64,000 nt of DNA from Ignavibacteriota bacterium. Its GTDB lineage: Bacteria; Bacteroidota; Ignavibacteria; UBA10030. Each line of letters starts with the position of its first letter. Positions within the stretch are counted from its first letter, which is position 1. Both the position numbers and the translations under genes were made by a program. The stretch covers positions 912-64,911 of the forward strand of contig JAKEEG010000068.1 in assembly GCA_022616555.1 (NCBI GenBank), given 5' to 3'. The notes beneath the pieces were generated by a model that saw only the letters and a list, made by a program, of their open reading frames with translations, was not told the origin of the DNA and ran no database searches. Shown piece after piece: positions 8,838 to 19,315 of the stretch.

Positions 8838-9710
8838 TCAGTTTCCTGCCATACGAATTTTATCGATAAAATGGTGCGACTTGATTTCCTGGGCAAAATT
8901 CTCTATCGCTTTCTTTGCATCCGCTGCAGAGGGAAACTTGCCAACCCGCACGGTGTACCACGTCATTTGCCGGGCTTCAATCGGTTCGAGAAACGCGGGA
9001 TATCCGGCGTCCGCCAACCGATGAACGACTGTCTCGGCGTTGTTCTTATCGAGCAAAGCATACACCTGAACGGTATAGCTGCCTTGCATTTCATCCAAGC
9101 TGGCCATATCAACCTTCGGGAGTGCCCCCATTTCTTGAGTAGGAGCGGACTTTTGTACCGGCGTCGTTTGCTGCTGCGTCGATGCCAATTGTGTCTGTGG
9201 CTGTTGAGCAGGCGTTTGCTGCCTCGTTGCCGTTTGCGTGGGACGCGTGCGTTTTGGGAACTTGATCGGGTCGAGCAGTTTCATCGGATTTTCAGCCTTC
9301 CGACGCTCCTCAATTTTAGGCGTTTCGACTGGCTTCTGCTGGGCAACTTGCTGCTGAGGAGGCGCTTGAACTTGTTGCGCCGCCTGCTGATCAGCTTGCT
9401 GCGCGGCCTGGTCTTCGGCCTGCGGTTCTTCTTGAGGCGGCAGTTGTTCCGACGGCTGCTCTTGCACTTGTGCGACTTCCGGCTCGCTACTTCCCCACAG
9501 CTTCACAATACCGAGCTTGTTCACCATATAGACAGCGCCACCCAACACACCGAGCACAACAAGTATGATGACCATACGCGCGCCTTGGCCTCCTCGTTCA
9601 CGCCGCGGAGGCTCGGCGGATTCCGTCATCTCGCCTTCTTCCGGCTGTGAGGGTTCTTCCGACGGCAGGTCTTCTAAATTACCTTCATCGTTTAAATTTA
9701 AATCGGGCAT
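8838..9710 (-). CDS. SPOR-domain protein with a Pro/Gln/Glu-rich linker
   Basis: 290 aa; C-terminal SPOR-like segment YTVQVYALLDKNNAETVVHRLADAGYPAF...WYTVRVGKF. Confidence 0.6.
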   Translation of the reverse strand: MPDLNLNDEGNLEDLPSEEPSQPEEGEMTESAEPPRRERGGQGARMVIILVVLGVLGGAVYMVNKLGIVKLWGSSEPEVAQVQEQPSEQLPPQEEPQAEDQAAQQADQQAAQQVQAPPQQQVAQQKPVETPKIEERRKAENPMKLLDPIKFPKRTRPTQTATRQQTPAQQPQTQLASTQQQTTPVQKSAPTQEMGALPKVDMASLDEMQGSYTVQVYALLDKNNAETVVHRLADAGYPAFLEPIEARQMTWYTVRVGKFPSAADAKKAIENFAQEIKSHHFIDKIRMAGN

Positions 9711-9753
9711 ACTAACTCCTCCTTATTGTGGGGTATCAATAATTCAGAATATC

Positions 9754-11424
9754 TTACCAACGGTAACTGAGGCCGCCGGTCACCATTAACGGCGGCGCTT
9801 GATAGCCTTTCCAGATTTCGTACTTTTCATTGGCGATGTTCTGGGCATCGACAAAAATGTTAAGCGACGGCAACGGTTCGTATTCTATTCTCAAGCCGAC
9901 CAACAAGAACCCCGGCAACTCTGCCAAGGCAGCAAGGCTTGATTCTCGGACGCCATAATAGCTCACGTTCGGTGTGAAGCTGACTCCGAACGGAAACCAA
10001 TGCGTGTACGAGCCGCCGGCTTCGTACTTCGGCACGTACGGCACCGCCCTGTCAGAAGCGTCGTTCTTTGTAGAGTTCACCGCCACCTTACCAGAAACAT
10101 AATCATTCGGCGTTAACTTTGCAAACCCTTCTGCTTGATATTTCCAGAATGTTGCTCCAGTATACGCAAATTGCCATATTCCCGCATTGAGAGGGTCGAA
10201 AGGCATGGCATACAGGTCCACGCGTTCATTGCTCGCGCTCAACAGTGTCTTGACGGAGCCCGACCAGTCGGATTCTATTGCTGCTGTGAGTCTCCGATTA
10301 ACATCTGAATGCCAAAAAGCAGAACCGGCGGAAAGATACGGGTTCGCTTGTACGCTTCCCTCAAGCTCATGAAAGCCAACCCTGCCCGAATAGGAAACAG
10401 ACGCCAGATGCGCTCCACCAACACGGTATCCGATCGCAACATCCGGATAAATCCGGGAGAAACGCTGATTCGACATTCCTTTTACCGAGTACGCGCTCGC
10501 CGCGCCTTGCAGGAACAAATTATTCCACCAGTAACGCGAGGTGCCTACGCGGAGCTGAAAGAGCGTCAAGTGTCCAGAATGCGCCCCTGAGAGGGTTGCG
10601 TTCGTATAACTGACGTTACCAACCAACGTCACCGAGCTCAACGGAAGCTCCGCATTCAACCCCAGCGTTGCTTTTTGTTGTAAGGTTTTCGCAGCGCTAT
10701 CGTCAACTTGAAAATAAGAATAGTCGAGATTTGGCGTCAGCGAAAATTCGGTTAACTGCTCCTGCGAGAGCGACAATCCCAGACGATAATTTGTTATCTC
10801 ACGACGAGTCGCCGGAGAGGGCGAGCCGTAAAAACGGTAGCCCTCCGAACCATAGGAGACATTACCTCCCAGCCTGTATCCTTCAAATGCGCCACTCTCG
10901 AAAAGCATTCCTCCACTCACTCCGAGATGGCCTCCCGAACGATCTGAATGGTCGACATATCCTTTCGTGCGATGGTAACCGACACTGACCAGATAATCAT
11001 AAGTGGGAAGAGCTTGTCCCAACCATAACTCTGCGCGCGGAGTAAAGTAACTTCCTAAACTTGCCATCGCCTGCCCGCTGAGAATCGATGAAGACGAAAG
11101 GAGCGATTCTTTCTGCCTGTTTTCAAGCTCTACAGTAACTCGCTCACGCGACCCCATGACATGATAGCCCCTGACGTCTGCCACGCGTGGGCGTTCCGCG
11201 ACACCTAGCTTGTACACGTCCGGAGCGCTCAATGAAACAATCCCGGTGATGACAAACTCCGGTAGCTCAATTTTGGGCAGCTGCGGATTTTGTGCTTCCT
11301 CCGTCTGCGGCAGTTCGACTTTTCGGGCCTCGGGTTCTTTTTTCTCAGTCGGCCCAGTACGCTGTTGAGCGTGCACTGACACTGTCAGCGCTGCCAGTAG
11401 AATATATGCAACAAGCCGTCTCAC
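9754..11424 (-). CDS. Outer-membrane beta-barrel protein (porin-like, function unknown)
   Basis: 556 aa; signal peptide, alternating beta-strand pattern, C-terminal aromatic residues (...GGLSYRW). Confidence 0.5.
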   Translation of the reverse strand: MRRLVAYILLAALTVSVHAQQRTGPTEKKEPEARKVELPQTEEAQNPQLPKIELPEFVITGIVSLSAPDVYKLGVAERPRVADVRGYHVMGSRERVTVELENRQKESLLSSSSILSGQAMASLGSYFTPRAELWLGQALPTYDYLVSVGYHRTKGYVDHSDRSGGHLGVSGGMLFESGAFEGYRLGGNVSYGSEGYRFYGSPSPATRREITNYRLGLSLSQEQLTEFSLTPNLDYSYFQVDDSAAKTLQQKATLGLNAELPLSSVTLVGNVSYTNATLSGAHSGHLTLFQLRVGTSRYWWNNLFLQGAASAYSVKGMSNQRFSRIYPDVAIGYRVGGAHLASVSYSGRVGFHELEGSVQANPYLSAGSAFWHSDVNRRLTAAIESDWSGSVKTLLSASNERVDLYAMPFDPLNAGIWQFAYTGATFWKYQAEGFAKLTPNDYVSGKVAVNSTKNDASDRAVPYVPKYEAGGSYTHWFPFGVSFTPNVSYYGVRESSLAALAELPGFLLVGLRIEYEPLPSLNIFVDAQNIANEKYEIWKGYQAPPLMVTGGLSYRW

Positions 11425-11425
11425 G

Positions 11426-14400
11426 TTATTTCCCCGCCAAAGCTTTCAACCTGCGGTCTGCTTCTGCCGTTATCTGTGCGTCTTTCTTAATTTTGAGAGC
11501 GTTCTGATACGCTTCTTTTGCTTTAGGAATGTCCTTCAAATTTTCATACGCAATACCGAGGCCAAGATACGCCCGCACTACCCAATCTTCAAAAGAAGGA
11601 TACACGTAGCGTACCCGCAGATACGCGGTCACAGCTCCCTGCCAGTCCTTCCGTTCAGCAAGAAACGCTCCGATGAGGTACTGTGCCTCAGCGCCGATCC
11701 CGTCGTTGCGTGATGTTGCAACTTCCTGCGCGAGCTCAAGCGCCTTTGCTGCATCGCCGGATTTTTGATTGAGGCGTGCCAGCGCAACGTTGGATTTTGC
11801 CGCGCCGTCCGAATTCGCATACCGTTTCGCAACAGCTTCAAACTGATTCTTCGCTTCCTCCGGGTCGCCGTTATCCAGGAACGCGGCGCCTTTCATATAC
11901 GCCGCTTCTGCCGCGGCATTGGACTGCGGGTAGTTTGCCTGGATTTTTTCAAAGACGCGAAGCGCCTTGTCGTACATCTTGAGGTCGAAGTAAATCGTGC
12001 CGGCTTCAACAAGCGCGTCAGCCGCAACACTCGACGGCGCGCCCTGCGCCCCCGCCGCCCGCTCAAATGCAGAAGCAGCTTCCGAAGCGCGGTCTAACCC
12101 CTGCAGGCTTTTGCTATACCAGAAAAGCGCGTTCGCAACTAACTTGGAGTCCGGATATTTGGTTGTAAAGGACTGAAACGCGGTCGCAGCCTCTGCATAT
12201 TGCTTCTGGTTGTAGAGCAGGTCCGCTTTCTTCAGCGCGAGGTCTTCGGCAACAGGCGAGTTCGGGTTCGCCTGCAGGAATTTATCTATCACGCCCGCGG
12301 CCTCCTGCTGTTTGCCTTGCGCAACCAAGCAGTACTGAATGCCTGTTAGCGCGTCTGCGGTGTACTGGGTATTAGGATATTTCAGCAACAGGTCACGGTA
12401 GGATTTTTCCGCTTCCGCGTATTTCTGCAGATTATAATTTGCATCACCGATGCTATATAATGCGCGGGGAACAACATCACTGGAAGGATACGCTGAAAGC
12501 ACTTTCCGGAATTCCTTAATCGCGTCGGCATATGCCTTGCTTTGGAAGTGAATCCAGCCCAGCGCGTATTGAGAATCGTCCGCATACGCTGAATTGGGAA
12601 ATGTCCTCATCACTGCCGTAAACTGTTGTGACGCCTGAGCCAGATCGCCGTCCCGGTAATACGTCTGTCCAAGCTGGTAGAACGCGTATTCCACTCCCTC
12701 GCGCTGGGCGTATTGCCTTGTGACGATACGGTACGTGGCGGAAGCGTTCTTATAATCCTTTAGGAAGAAATACGAATCCCCAAGCCTGATGCGCGCGTCA
12801 AACACGAATTTTCCGTTGGGGAAAGCATTCAACAACCTGGTAAATGCATCCCGGGATTTATCGAATTCATTGAGCTTGTAATGAGACCAGGCAACGCCGT
12901 ACATCGCCTCTTCTTTGCGCTCGTGGCTTGCAAGGCTTGCCACCTTCTGATACTGGCCAATGGCAAGTTTGTATTCGCTCATCTGGTACAGTGCTTCAGC
13001 CTGCCAAAATGCAGCATCGACAGCTAATGGAACCTTTGGATAGTCCTTAATAAACTCGGCAAAACCGGCGGCTGCTTCTGTGAATTTTTTGAGCTTGTAC
13101 ATGCTCCACGCCCCTTGGTAGCCGGCGGAGCTTTTCACATCAAACGACGCATTCGGCTGTGCGACGGCCTTTTCAAACATGGCAGTCGCCTGCTCAAAAT
13201 TCTCTTCGAGGATAAGACATTCTCCAGCCATGCGATAGGCGTCGGGAAGCACATCACTCTTGGGATAGCCGTCGATCAAGCGCTCAAAAAATCCCCGCGC
13301 TGCAGTATAGTCTTTCTCATCGAAAGAAATAATGCCTGCGTCGTATAACGCGTTGTCGGAAAATTCGCCCATCGGCGCGCGGGTCACGACGTCCTGAAAA
13401 ATCTGCACGGCGGCTTTACGTTCGCCGGCGAATTTTGTTGCAACGCCGCTTCGATAGAGCCCCGCGTGGGCAAGAGCATCGCTGCCGGAGCTGAGCCTGC
13501 CGAATGCTTCTGCAGCCTGCGCAAATTTGTCCTGTTTCATGAAGCTCCAACCAAGGGCGTAAATCACTTCACGCTCCAGTTTGCTGCCGCGGTGATCCTT
13601 GAGAAAACCTTCATACAGCTTTTGCGCTGAAGAATACTGGTCCTGGTGATAGTACGCCTCTGCAATCAAATAATCGGCTTCCGCTTTTTCCTGTGCTTCG
13701 GTAATGCTCGGCTTTGCCGTCATGAGATAGTTAATGGCGTGCTTGTAGTCCTTCACGTAAAAATAGCACTCACCGACCCGCACTTTGGAAGCCGAGACCA
13801 GACTGCTCTGCGGAAATTCTTTTACCAGCTTCTCATACCAATCGACGGCTTTGGGATACTCTTTCTTTTGTTGGTATGTCCACGCAACAGAATAGAGCGA
13901 GTAATCCCGCAGACGATTGTTAGGATAATGTTCGTAAGCGATGGTGTAGTACTTCAGCGCAGCGTCGTAATCCTGCACCCGCACAGATGCCTCCCCGATC
14001 CAGTATGCCGCTTCGCCGGCAAGTTCACGGTCACCGTAGTCGTCCAGCACTGTTTTGAACGCGCCGATTGATTCGGGAATGTTTTTCAGTTTCAGGTTGG
14101 CTTCGCCCAAACGGAAATATGCATCATCGGTAAGTGGTGTTGCCGGATAATCTTTTACGTACCTTCCGGCAAGTCTCGCAACGTCTTTGTACTTTCCGAG
14201 CTGATAACGACATTCAATGCCGAGGAACTCCGCTTCACCGCGGCGGATACTCGCTGGGTACTTGTCAAGAAACTTGTTGAATTGCTCCAGCGCTTGTTGA
14301 TAGAGATTGTCTTTGTATAAACCGTACGCAAAAGTAAAATCCTGGTCTTCTGCAACGGCCGATGACGCGCGCTGAATAGAGGACTGGCTGTAGAGCGATG

Positions 14401-14509
14401 GCTGGTAAACAACTGGAAGAGAAAAAAGCGAAAGAAGAAAAGACAGCTTAAGGATTCGACTTCCCCCAGTCATACGGTACAACAACAAAATATGTAGAAG
14501 GTAACGCAC
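11426..14509 (-). CDS. Giant tetratricopeptide-repeat (TPR) protein
   Basis: 1027 aa; signal peptide followed by more than 20 TPR-like repeats (A/W-Y-Y/L-G...); first gene of the operon ending in tonB. Confidence 0.8.
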   Translation of the reverse strand: MRYLLHILLLYRMTGGSRILKLSFLLSLFSLPVVYQPSLYSQSSIQRASSAVAEDQDFTFAYGLYKDNLYQQALEQFNKFLDKYPASIRRGEAEFLGIECRYQLGKYKDVARLAGRYVKDYPATPLTDDAYFRLGEANLKLKNIPESIGAFKTVLDDYGDRELAGEAAYWIGEASVRVQDYDAALKYYTIAYEHYPNNRLRDYSLYSVAWTYQQKKEYPKAVDWYEKLVKEFPQSSLVSASKVRVGECYFYVKDYKHAINYLMTAKPSITEAQEKAEADYLIAEAYYHQDQYSSAQKLYEGFLKDHRGSKLEREVIYALGWSFMKQDKFAQAAEAFGRLSSGSDALAHAGLYRSGVATKFAGERKAAVQIFQDVVTRAPMGEFSDNALYDAGIISFDEKDYTAARGFFERLIDGYPKSDVLPDAYRMAGECLILEENFEQATAMFEKAVAQPNASFDVKSSAGYQGAWSMYKLKKFTEAAAGFAEFIKDYPKVPLAVDAAFWQAEALYQMSEYKLAIGQYQKVASLASHERKEEAMYGVAWSHYKLNEFDKSRDAFTRLLNAFPNGKFVFDARIRLGDSYFFLKDYKNASATYRIVTRQYAQREGVEYAFYQLGQTYYRDGDLAQASQQFTAVMRTFPNSAYADDSQYALGWIHFQSKAYADAIKEFRKVLSAYPSSDVVPRALYSIGDANYNLQKYAEAEKSYRDLLLKYPNTQYTADALTGIQYCLVAQGKQQEAAGVIDKFLQANPNSPVAEDLALKKADLLYNQKQYAEAATAFQSFTTKYPDSKLVANALFWYSKSLQGLDRASEAASAFERAAGAQGAPSSVAADALVEAGTIYFDLKMYDKALRVFEKIQANYPQSNAAAEAAYMKGAAFLDNGDPEEAKNQFEAVAKRYANSDGAAKSNVALARLNQKSGDAAKALELAQEVATSRNDGIGAEAQYLIGAFLAERKDWQGAVTAYLRVRYVYPSFEDWVVRAYLGLGIAYENLKDIPKAKEAYQNALKIKKDAQITAEADRRLKALAGK

Positions 14510-14753
14510 GAAGCTTAAAGTAGAAAATAAGACAACTGGACTAACTACTTAATTTAATGCAATCCGTTCTTGAAGTCAAGAAGATTAGGAAATCGCGCAG
14601 AGTTGTGGTTTTATTTGGTGAACAACTGTGCTCCATATCGCCCATCCTGCCGCTTCCAACCACTCCGCTACAATACTTTAGACACAACAACAAGGCGAAT
14701 AGTTCCTTTGGAAAAACGTGGAAACCGTAGAGAAGAATGTACGTGGGCGCGGA

Positions 14754-17700
14754 TCACCAGGCAATTTCGCGATGGTACTCTTGTAAGCTCTTGACTTGCA
14801 ACGCTTCCGCCTTCTGACGCTCGATGCCCTTCACGGCAGTTGCCGCGGCGGAAAGTGTGGTGATAAACGCAATCTTCTGCTCGATCGCAGCCCAGCCGAT
14901 TGCGTACTCGTCATAACGGGACTCTTCGCCAAGCGGCGTGTTAATCACCATCTGAATTTCGCCGTTCTTGATCAAATCAACGATGTTCGGCCTGCCCTCG
15001 TTTACTTTATAGACCGCCTTGGCAGGAATGCCGTTCTCGATTAGGAACTTGCTTGTGCCTTCCGTAGCAACAAAAGAGAACCCAAGGCTCTGGTATTCGC
15101 GCACAATGTTCAGCGTGATGTTGTTCTTGTCGCTGTTATTGACGCTGATAAAAACTGTGCCGGAATTCGGCAGCGCGTTGCCGGCTGCAACCTGCGATTT
15201 CGCGACCGCCCCGCCGAAGGTCGGAGAGATGCCCATGACCTCGCCGGTGGAGCGCATTTCGGGACCGAGGTACATCGGCACGCGCGGGAATTTCGAGAAC
15301 GGGAACACCGCTTCTTTCACGGAAATATGTTTCAGGCTCTTGAAGTCCAATTCTTTTATGTCGAGTTCTTTGAGCGTACGGCCGACCATTATTTTCGCCG
15401 CGACCTTCGCAAGCGGTATGCCAATCGCTTTGCTGACGAACGGCACCGTGCGCGAGGCTCGCGGGTTCGCCTCGATGACGTACACGACGCCATCCTTCAT
15501 TGCATACTGCACGTTGATAAGCCCGATAACCTTAAGCGACTTGGCAAGCTTGATGGTGTAGGCTTTTATTTGATCAAGATTATCAGGCGAGATCATATAC
15601 GGCGGGATGACGCACGAGCTATCGCCCGAATGGATGCCGGCTTCTTCAATATGCTCCATAATCCCGCCGATGAATACTTCCTTGCCGTCGCTCGCGGCAT
15701 CGACGTCGAATTCGAACGCGTCTTCAAGAAAACGGTCGATGAGCACGGGGTGTTCGGGCGAGACATCCACTGCCTTCCTCATATACTCGCGGACGGCATT
15801 GCTGTTGTAGCAAATCTCCATCGCTCGGCCGCCCAACACATACGACGGGCGGACAAGCACTGGATAGCCGATTTGCTCCGCCACGAGTACTGCATTGTTG
15901 ATGGAGTACGCAGTTCCGTACTTCGGATGCGCGATTTTTAATTTTCGAAGCATTGCACCAAACCGCTGGCGGTCTTCCGCAATGTCGATGCCGTCCGGCG
16001 ATGTGCCGAGTATCTTCACGCCGTGATCTTCCAAGCCCTTCGACAACTTGAGCGGAGTTTGTCCACCGAAGCTCACGATGACGCCATCCGGCTGCTCGTG
16101 ATCGCATATATTCAGCACGTCCTCGAGTGTCAGCGGCTCGAAGTACAACTTGTCAGTCGTATCGTAATCCGTTGAGACTGTCTCCGGATTACAGTTGATC
16201 ATGATCGTCTCGACGCCCTCTTCTTTTAGCGCAAACACGCCATGGACACAGCAATAATCGAACTCAATCCCCTGCCCTATTCTGTTCGGTCCGCCGCCGA
16301 GGATAACGACTTTCTTTCTCTCTGAGCGGATGGATTCGTTTTCCTCATCATACGTCGAATAGTAATACGGCGTATACGCCTCAAACTCCGCAGCGCAAGT
16401 ATCGACAACCTTGAACGAGGGGATGACTTTCAGTTGTTTGCGCAACTGCCGGATTGCCTTTTCGGTGGTGCCCCACATAAATGCGAGCTGCCTATCGGAG
16501 AAGCCGTACTGCTTCGCCTTCAGCATAACTTCCCTGGTGACAGGAGATGGCACCTTGCTCTTTTTATCGGATTTAGCCGCTTTATCCACCTTGGGGCGGA
16601 ATGCTACTAACTCTTTTTCAAGTTCAACTATCTGCCGGATATTATAAAGGAACCACGGGTCGATTTTTGTGATACGGTGAAGCTCATCAAGCTCAACACC
16701 AAGCAAGAAGGCATAGCGGAGATAGAAGATATTCTCTGGCTTGGGCATCTTGAGCTGGTCGAGCACTTTTTTCTTTAGCCCGTTACGTTTCTGCGGCGTA
16801 AGCTCGCGCCAGTCGAATAAGTCTTTCCCGTCCGAGCCAAGCCCAAACCGCCCCTGCTCGAGCGAGCGCAGGGCTTTCTGCAAGGACTCTTTAAACGTCC
16901 TGCCAATTGCCATCGCCTCGCCTACGGATTTCATCTGTACGCCGAGGGTGTCGTCAACGCCTTTGAACTTCTCGAAGTCCCAGCGGGGGATTTTCGTCAC
17001 GCAGTAATCAATTGTCGGCTCGAATGACGCAGGTGTCAGTTTAGTAATGTCGTTGGGAATTTCATCGAGCGTATAGCCGACGGCAAGCTTCGCCGCTATT
17101 TTCGCTATGGGAAAACCCGTGGCTTTCGACGCTAACGCAGAGGAGCGCGAGACACGCGGGTTCATCTCGATAACGATCATCCTCCCGTTCTGCGGATTCA
17201 CAGCGAATTGGATGTTCGAGCCGCCGGTTTCTACACCGATCTCGCGGATAATCTTTTTCGATGCGTCGCGCATCGTTTGGTATTCTTTGTCCGTGAGCGT
17301 TTGCGCGGGCGCGACGGTGATCGAGTCGCCAGTATGAACGCCCATCGGGTCAAAATTCTCAATCGAGCAAATGATGACGACATTGTCCTTCAGGTCGCGC
17401 ATCACTTCCAGCTCGTACTCCTTCCAGCCAATGACGGATTCTTCGATGAGGATTTCATGCATCGGACTGCTCTGCATGCCGTGCTCTGCTTTCTCGCGGA
17501 ACTCTTCGATATTGTACGCGATGCCACCGCCTGTTCCGCCGAGCGTGAACGACGGGCGGATAATAGCGGGGAATCCAGTCGTCTCGACAATCTTCATCGC
17601 TTCGTCCATCGTTTTAGAGAATCCACCGCGCGCGGTTTCAAGTCCGATGTTATCCATCGACTTCTGAAACAGTTCGCGGTCTTCCGCTTTTTTGATGGCT

Positions 17701-18062
17701 TCGAGCTTCGCGCCGATGAGCTCGACTCCGTACTTGCGCAACACGCCGCTCTCTGCGAGAGCGACGGCGGTGTTGAGTGCGGTTTGTCCACCCATTGTTG
17801 GGAGGATAACATCCGGGCGCTCGCGGTCGATGATTTTCTCGACGAACTCCGGGGTAATCGGCTCGATGTACGTGGCATCGGCGAGGTCGGGGTCCGTCAT
17901 GATCGTCGCTGGATTGCTGTTGATGAGGATAACGCGGTAGCCCTCTTCGCGCAGGACTTTGCAGGCTTGGGTGCCGGAGTAATCAAATTCGCACGCCTGA
18001 CCGATGACAATCGGTCCGGATCCGATAATTAATATGGACTCAATATCCGTGCGTTTGGGCAT
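14754..18062 (-). CDS. carB: Carbamoyl-phosphate synthase large subunit
   Basis: 1102 aa; N-terminus [33 protein letters not shown]; duplicated ATP-grasp halves. Confidence 0.95.
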   Translation of the reverse strand: MPKRTDIESILIIGSGPIVIGQACEFDYSGTQACKVLREEGYRVILINSNPATIMTDPDLADATYIEPITPEFVEKIIDRERPDVILPTMGGQTALNTAVALAESGVLRKYGVELIGAKLEAIKKAEDRELFQKSMDNIGLETARGGFSKTMDEAMKIVETTGFPAIIRPSFTLGGTGGGIAYNIEEFREKAEHGMQSSPMHEILIEESVIGWKEYELEVMRDLKDNVVIICSIENFDPMGVHTGDSITVAPAQTLTDKEYQTMRDASKKIIREIGVETGGSNIQFAVNPQNGRMIVIEMNPRVSRSSALASKATGFPIAKIAAKLAVGYTLDEIPNDITKLTPASFEPTIDYCVTKIPRWDFEKFKGVDDTLGVQMKSVGEAMAIGRTFKESLQKALRSLEQGRFGLGSDGKDLFDWRELTPQKRNGLKKKVLDQLKMPKPENIFYLRYAFLLGVELDELHRITKIDPWFLYNIRQIVELEKELVAFRPKVDKAAKSDKKSKVPSPVTREVMLKAKQYGFSDRQLAFMWGTTEKAIRQLRKQLKVIPSFKVVDTCAAEFEAYTPYYYSTYDEENESIRSERKKVVILGGGPNRIGQGIEFDYCCVHGVFALKEEGVETIMINCNPETVSTDYDTTDKLYFEPLTLEDVLNICDHEQPDGVIVSFGGQTPLKLSKGLEDHGVKILGTSPDGIDIAEDRQRFGAMLRKLKIAHPKYGTAYSINNAVLVAEQIGYPVLVRPSYVLGGRAMEICYNSNAVREYMRKAVDVSPEHPVLIDRFLEDAFEFDVDAASDGKEVFIGGIMEHIEEAGIHSGDSSCVIPPYMISPDNLDQIKAYTIKLAKSLKVIGLINVQYAMKDGVVYVIEANPRASRTVPFVSKAIGIPLAKVAAKIMVGRTLKELDIKELDFKSLKHISVKEAVFPFSKFPRVPMYLGPEMRSTGEVMGISPTFGGAVAKSQVAAGNALPNSGTVFISVNNSDKNNITLNIVREYQSLGFSFVATEGTSKFLIENGIPAKAVYKVNEGRPNIVDLIKNGEIQMVINTPLGEESRYDEYAIGWAAIEQKIAFITTLSAAATAVKGIERQKAEALQVKSLQEYHREIAW

Positions 18063-18084
18063 TGCGTAACGGTAAGATACAGTT

Positions 18085-18112
18085 GTAGGGGTTCACACCT
18101 CTGAACCCCTAC
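18085..18112. repeat. TAGGGG-N-CCCCTA palindrome, copy b (gtaggggttca-cacctc-tgaacccctac)
   Basis: Perfect 11 bp arms, 23 nt upstream of the carB start codon on the minus strand. Confidence 0.6.
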
Positions 18113-18140
18113 GCGGTTGTAATAATATAGAGAAAATTTT

Positions 18141-18199
18141 GTGAAGGGAAAAGAAAAATCTTATTCAACCTTCCGAAGGCTTGAAACCTTCGGAAGGTT
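18141..18199 (-). terminator. Rho-independent terminator downstream of moaC/moaB
   Basis: 13 bp stem aaccttccgaagg/ccttcggaaggtt followed on the minus strand by a T-rich run. Confidence 0.55.
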
Positions 18200-18204
18200 A
18201 TCAC

Positions 18205-19113
18205 TCAATGCCCACCACCCTCCAACATCTTGAATCCATGAATCAACCACGGGAACAACGCATCCAACGACTCCTGCACTCCTCGTTTAGAGCCAGGCAG
18301 ATTAATAATAACCGTACTGCCGCACACGCCGGCTTTTCCGCGTGAGAGCATCGAGAGCGGCATGCGCTCTTGACCGTAGGCGCGGGCGGCTTCGTTAATA
18401 CCCGGGATTTCACGCTCGATGACGCGGGTGGTGGCTTCTGGTGTTACGTCGCGGGGACCTAAACCCGTCCCGCCTGTAGTAATGACAAGGTTGAGCTTCA
18501 TCTCGGTCGCATACTTGCGAAGCCTCGCCTCGATCTTCGGAACATCATCATCCACTACTGAGTAATCGGCAACCTCAACACCCTCCTGCTTTAGGCGCTC
18601 GACCATGTATTTCCCCGACGTATCCTCCTTTTTGCCCATTGCGACAGAGTCAGATACAACGAGAACAGCAGCCTTGAGCTTCATCCCCTCAGGCGGCTTG
18701 AAGTCCGTCTTCCCCCCCGTTTTTTTAATGAGCTTAATCTCCGAAATCACCATCGATTCATCCACAGCTTTCATCATATCATAGAGCGTCAACGCCGCGG
18801 CTGATGCGGCGGCAAGGGCTTCCATCTCCACGCCGGTTTTGTAGATGGCTTTGACTTCAGTGATGATTTCAATTCGATTATCATACACATCAAACCGGCA
18901 ATCGATAAAATCCAACGGCAGCGGATGACAATAAGGAATCAGTATGCTCGTATTCTTCGCCGCCTGCACGGCTGCAACTCGAGCAACGGCAAGGGCATCC
19001 TTCTTTGGAAGTGTGTTTTCCCTTAATGCCTTGATTGCCTCGGAGCTTGCCGTAAGTGTCGCAGAGGCTATCGCCGTGCGGAGCGTGCTGGATTTTTTGG
19101 AGATGTCGATCAT
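18205..19113 (-). CDS. Bifunctional molybdenum cofactor biosynthesis protein (MoaC fused to a MoaB/MogA domain)
   Basis: 302 aa; N-terminal MoaC-like region (KTGVEMEALAAASAAALTLYDM) and C-terminal MogA/MoaB-like region (LVITTGGTGLGPRDVTPEAT). Confidence 0.8.
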   Translation of the reverse strand: MIDISKKSSTLRTAIASATLTASSEAIKALRENTLPKKDALAVARVAAVQAAKNTSILIPYCHPLPLDFIDCRFDVYDNRIEIITEVKAIYKTGVEMEALAAASAAALTLYDMMKAVDESMVISEIKLIKKTGGKTDFKPPEGMKLKAAVLVVSDSVAMGKKEDTSGKYMVERLKQEGVEVADYSVVDDDVPKIEARLRKYATEMKLNLVITTGGTGLGPRDVTPEATTRVIEREIPGINEAARAYGQERMPLSMLSRGKAGVCGSTVIINLPGSKRGVQESLDALFPWLIHGFKMLEGGGH

Positions 19114-19168
19114 GTAATTTCCTCAAATAGTGCTAAACAATATACTTTAAAAAGAAAGTCATAACAAC

Positions 19169-19246
19169 AGACCCCATCCTCACCTTCCCCTAAGAGGGGA
19201 AGGAACACATTCCCTCTCCTCTTAGGAGAGGGATAGGGTGAGGTCT
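19169..19246. repeat. Nested-hairpin intergenic repeat, family D, copy 1
   Basis: Outer arms cctcacc...ggtgagg enclose two hairpins (ttcccct-aaga-ggggaa and ccctctcc-tctta-ggagaggg); near-identical copy at 62090. Confidence 0.6.
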
Positions 19247-19315
19247 TCAAGAATCAATTTTCCATTTCTCGCTCATTTTTCCTATATTAAATCTAGCAGA
19301 AGACAGGAGAACACA

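Noticed and set aside
8829-9650. 273 aa plus-strand ORF rich in Arg/Leu/Cys
   Set aside because: Entirely antisense to the SPOR-protein gene; low-complexity composition typical of reverse-frame artefacts of a GC-rich, Gln/Glu/Pro-rich coding region
15327-18032. Several long plus-strand ORFs (15327-15941, 17208-18032 and others)
   Set aside because: Antisense or out-of-frame within carB, whose identity is unambiguous; no independent signals
19238-19315. N-terminal 26-codon extension of the aconitase ORF
   Set aside because: The aconitase homology begins at the internal ATG at 19316, which has an AGGAGA ribosome-binding site; the extension overlaps the family D repeat
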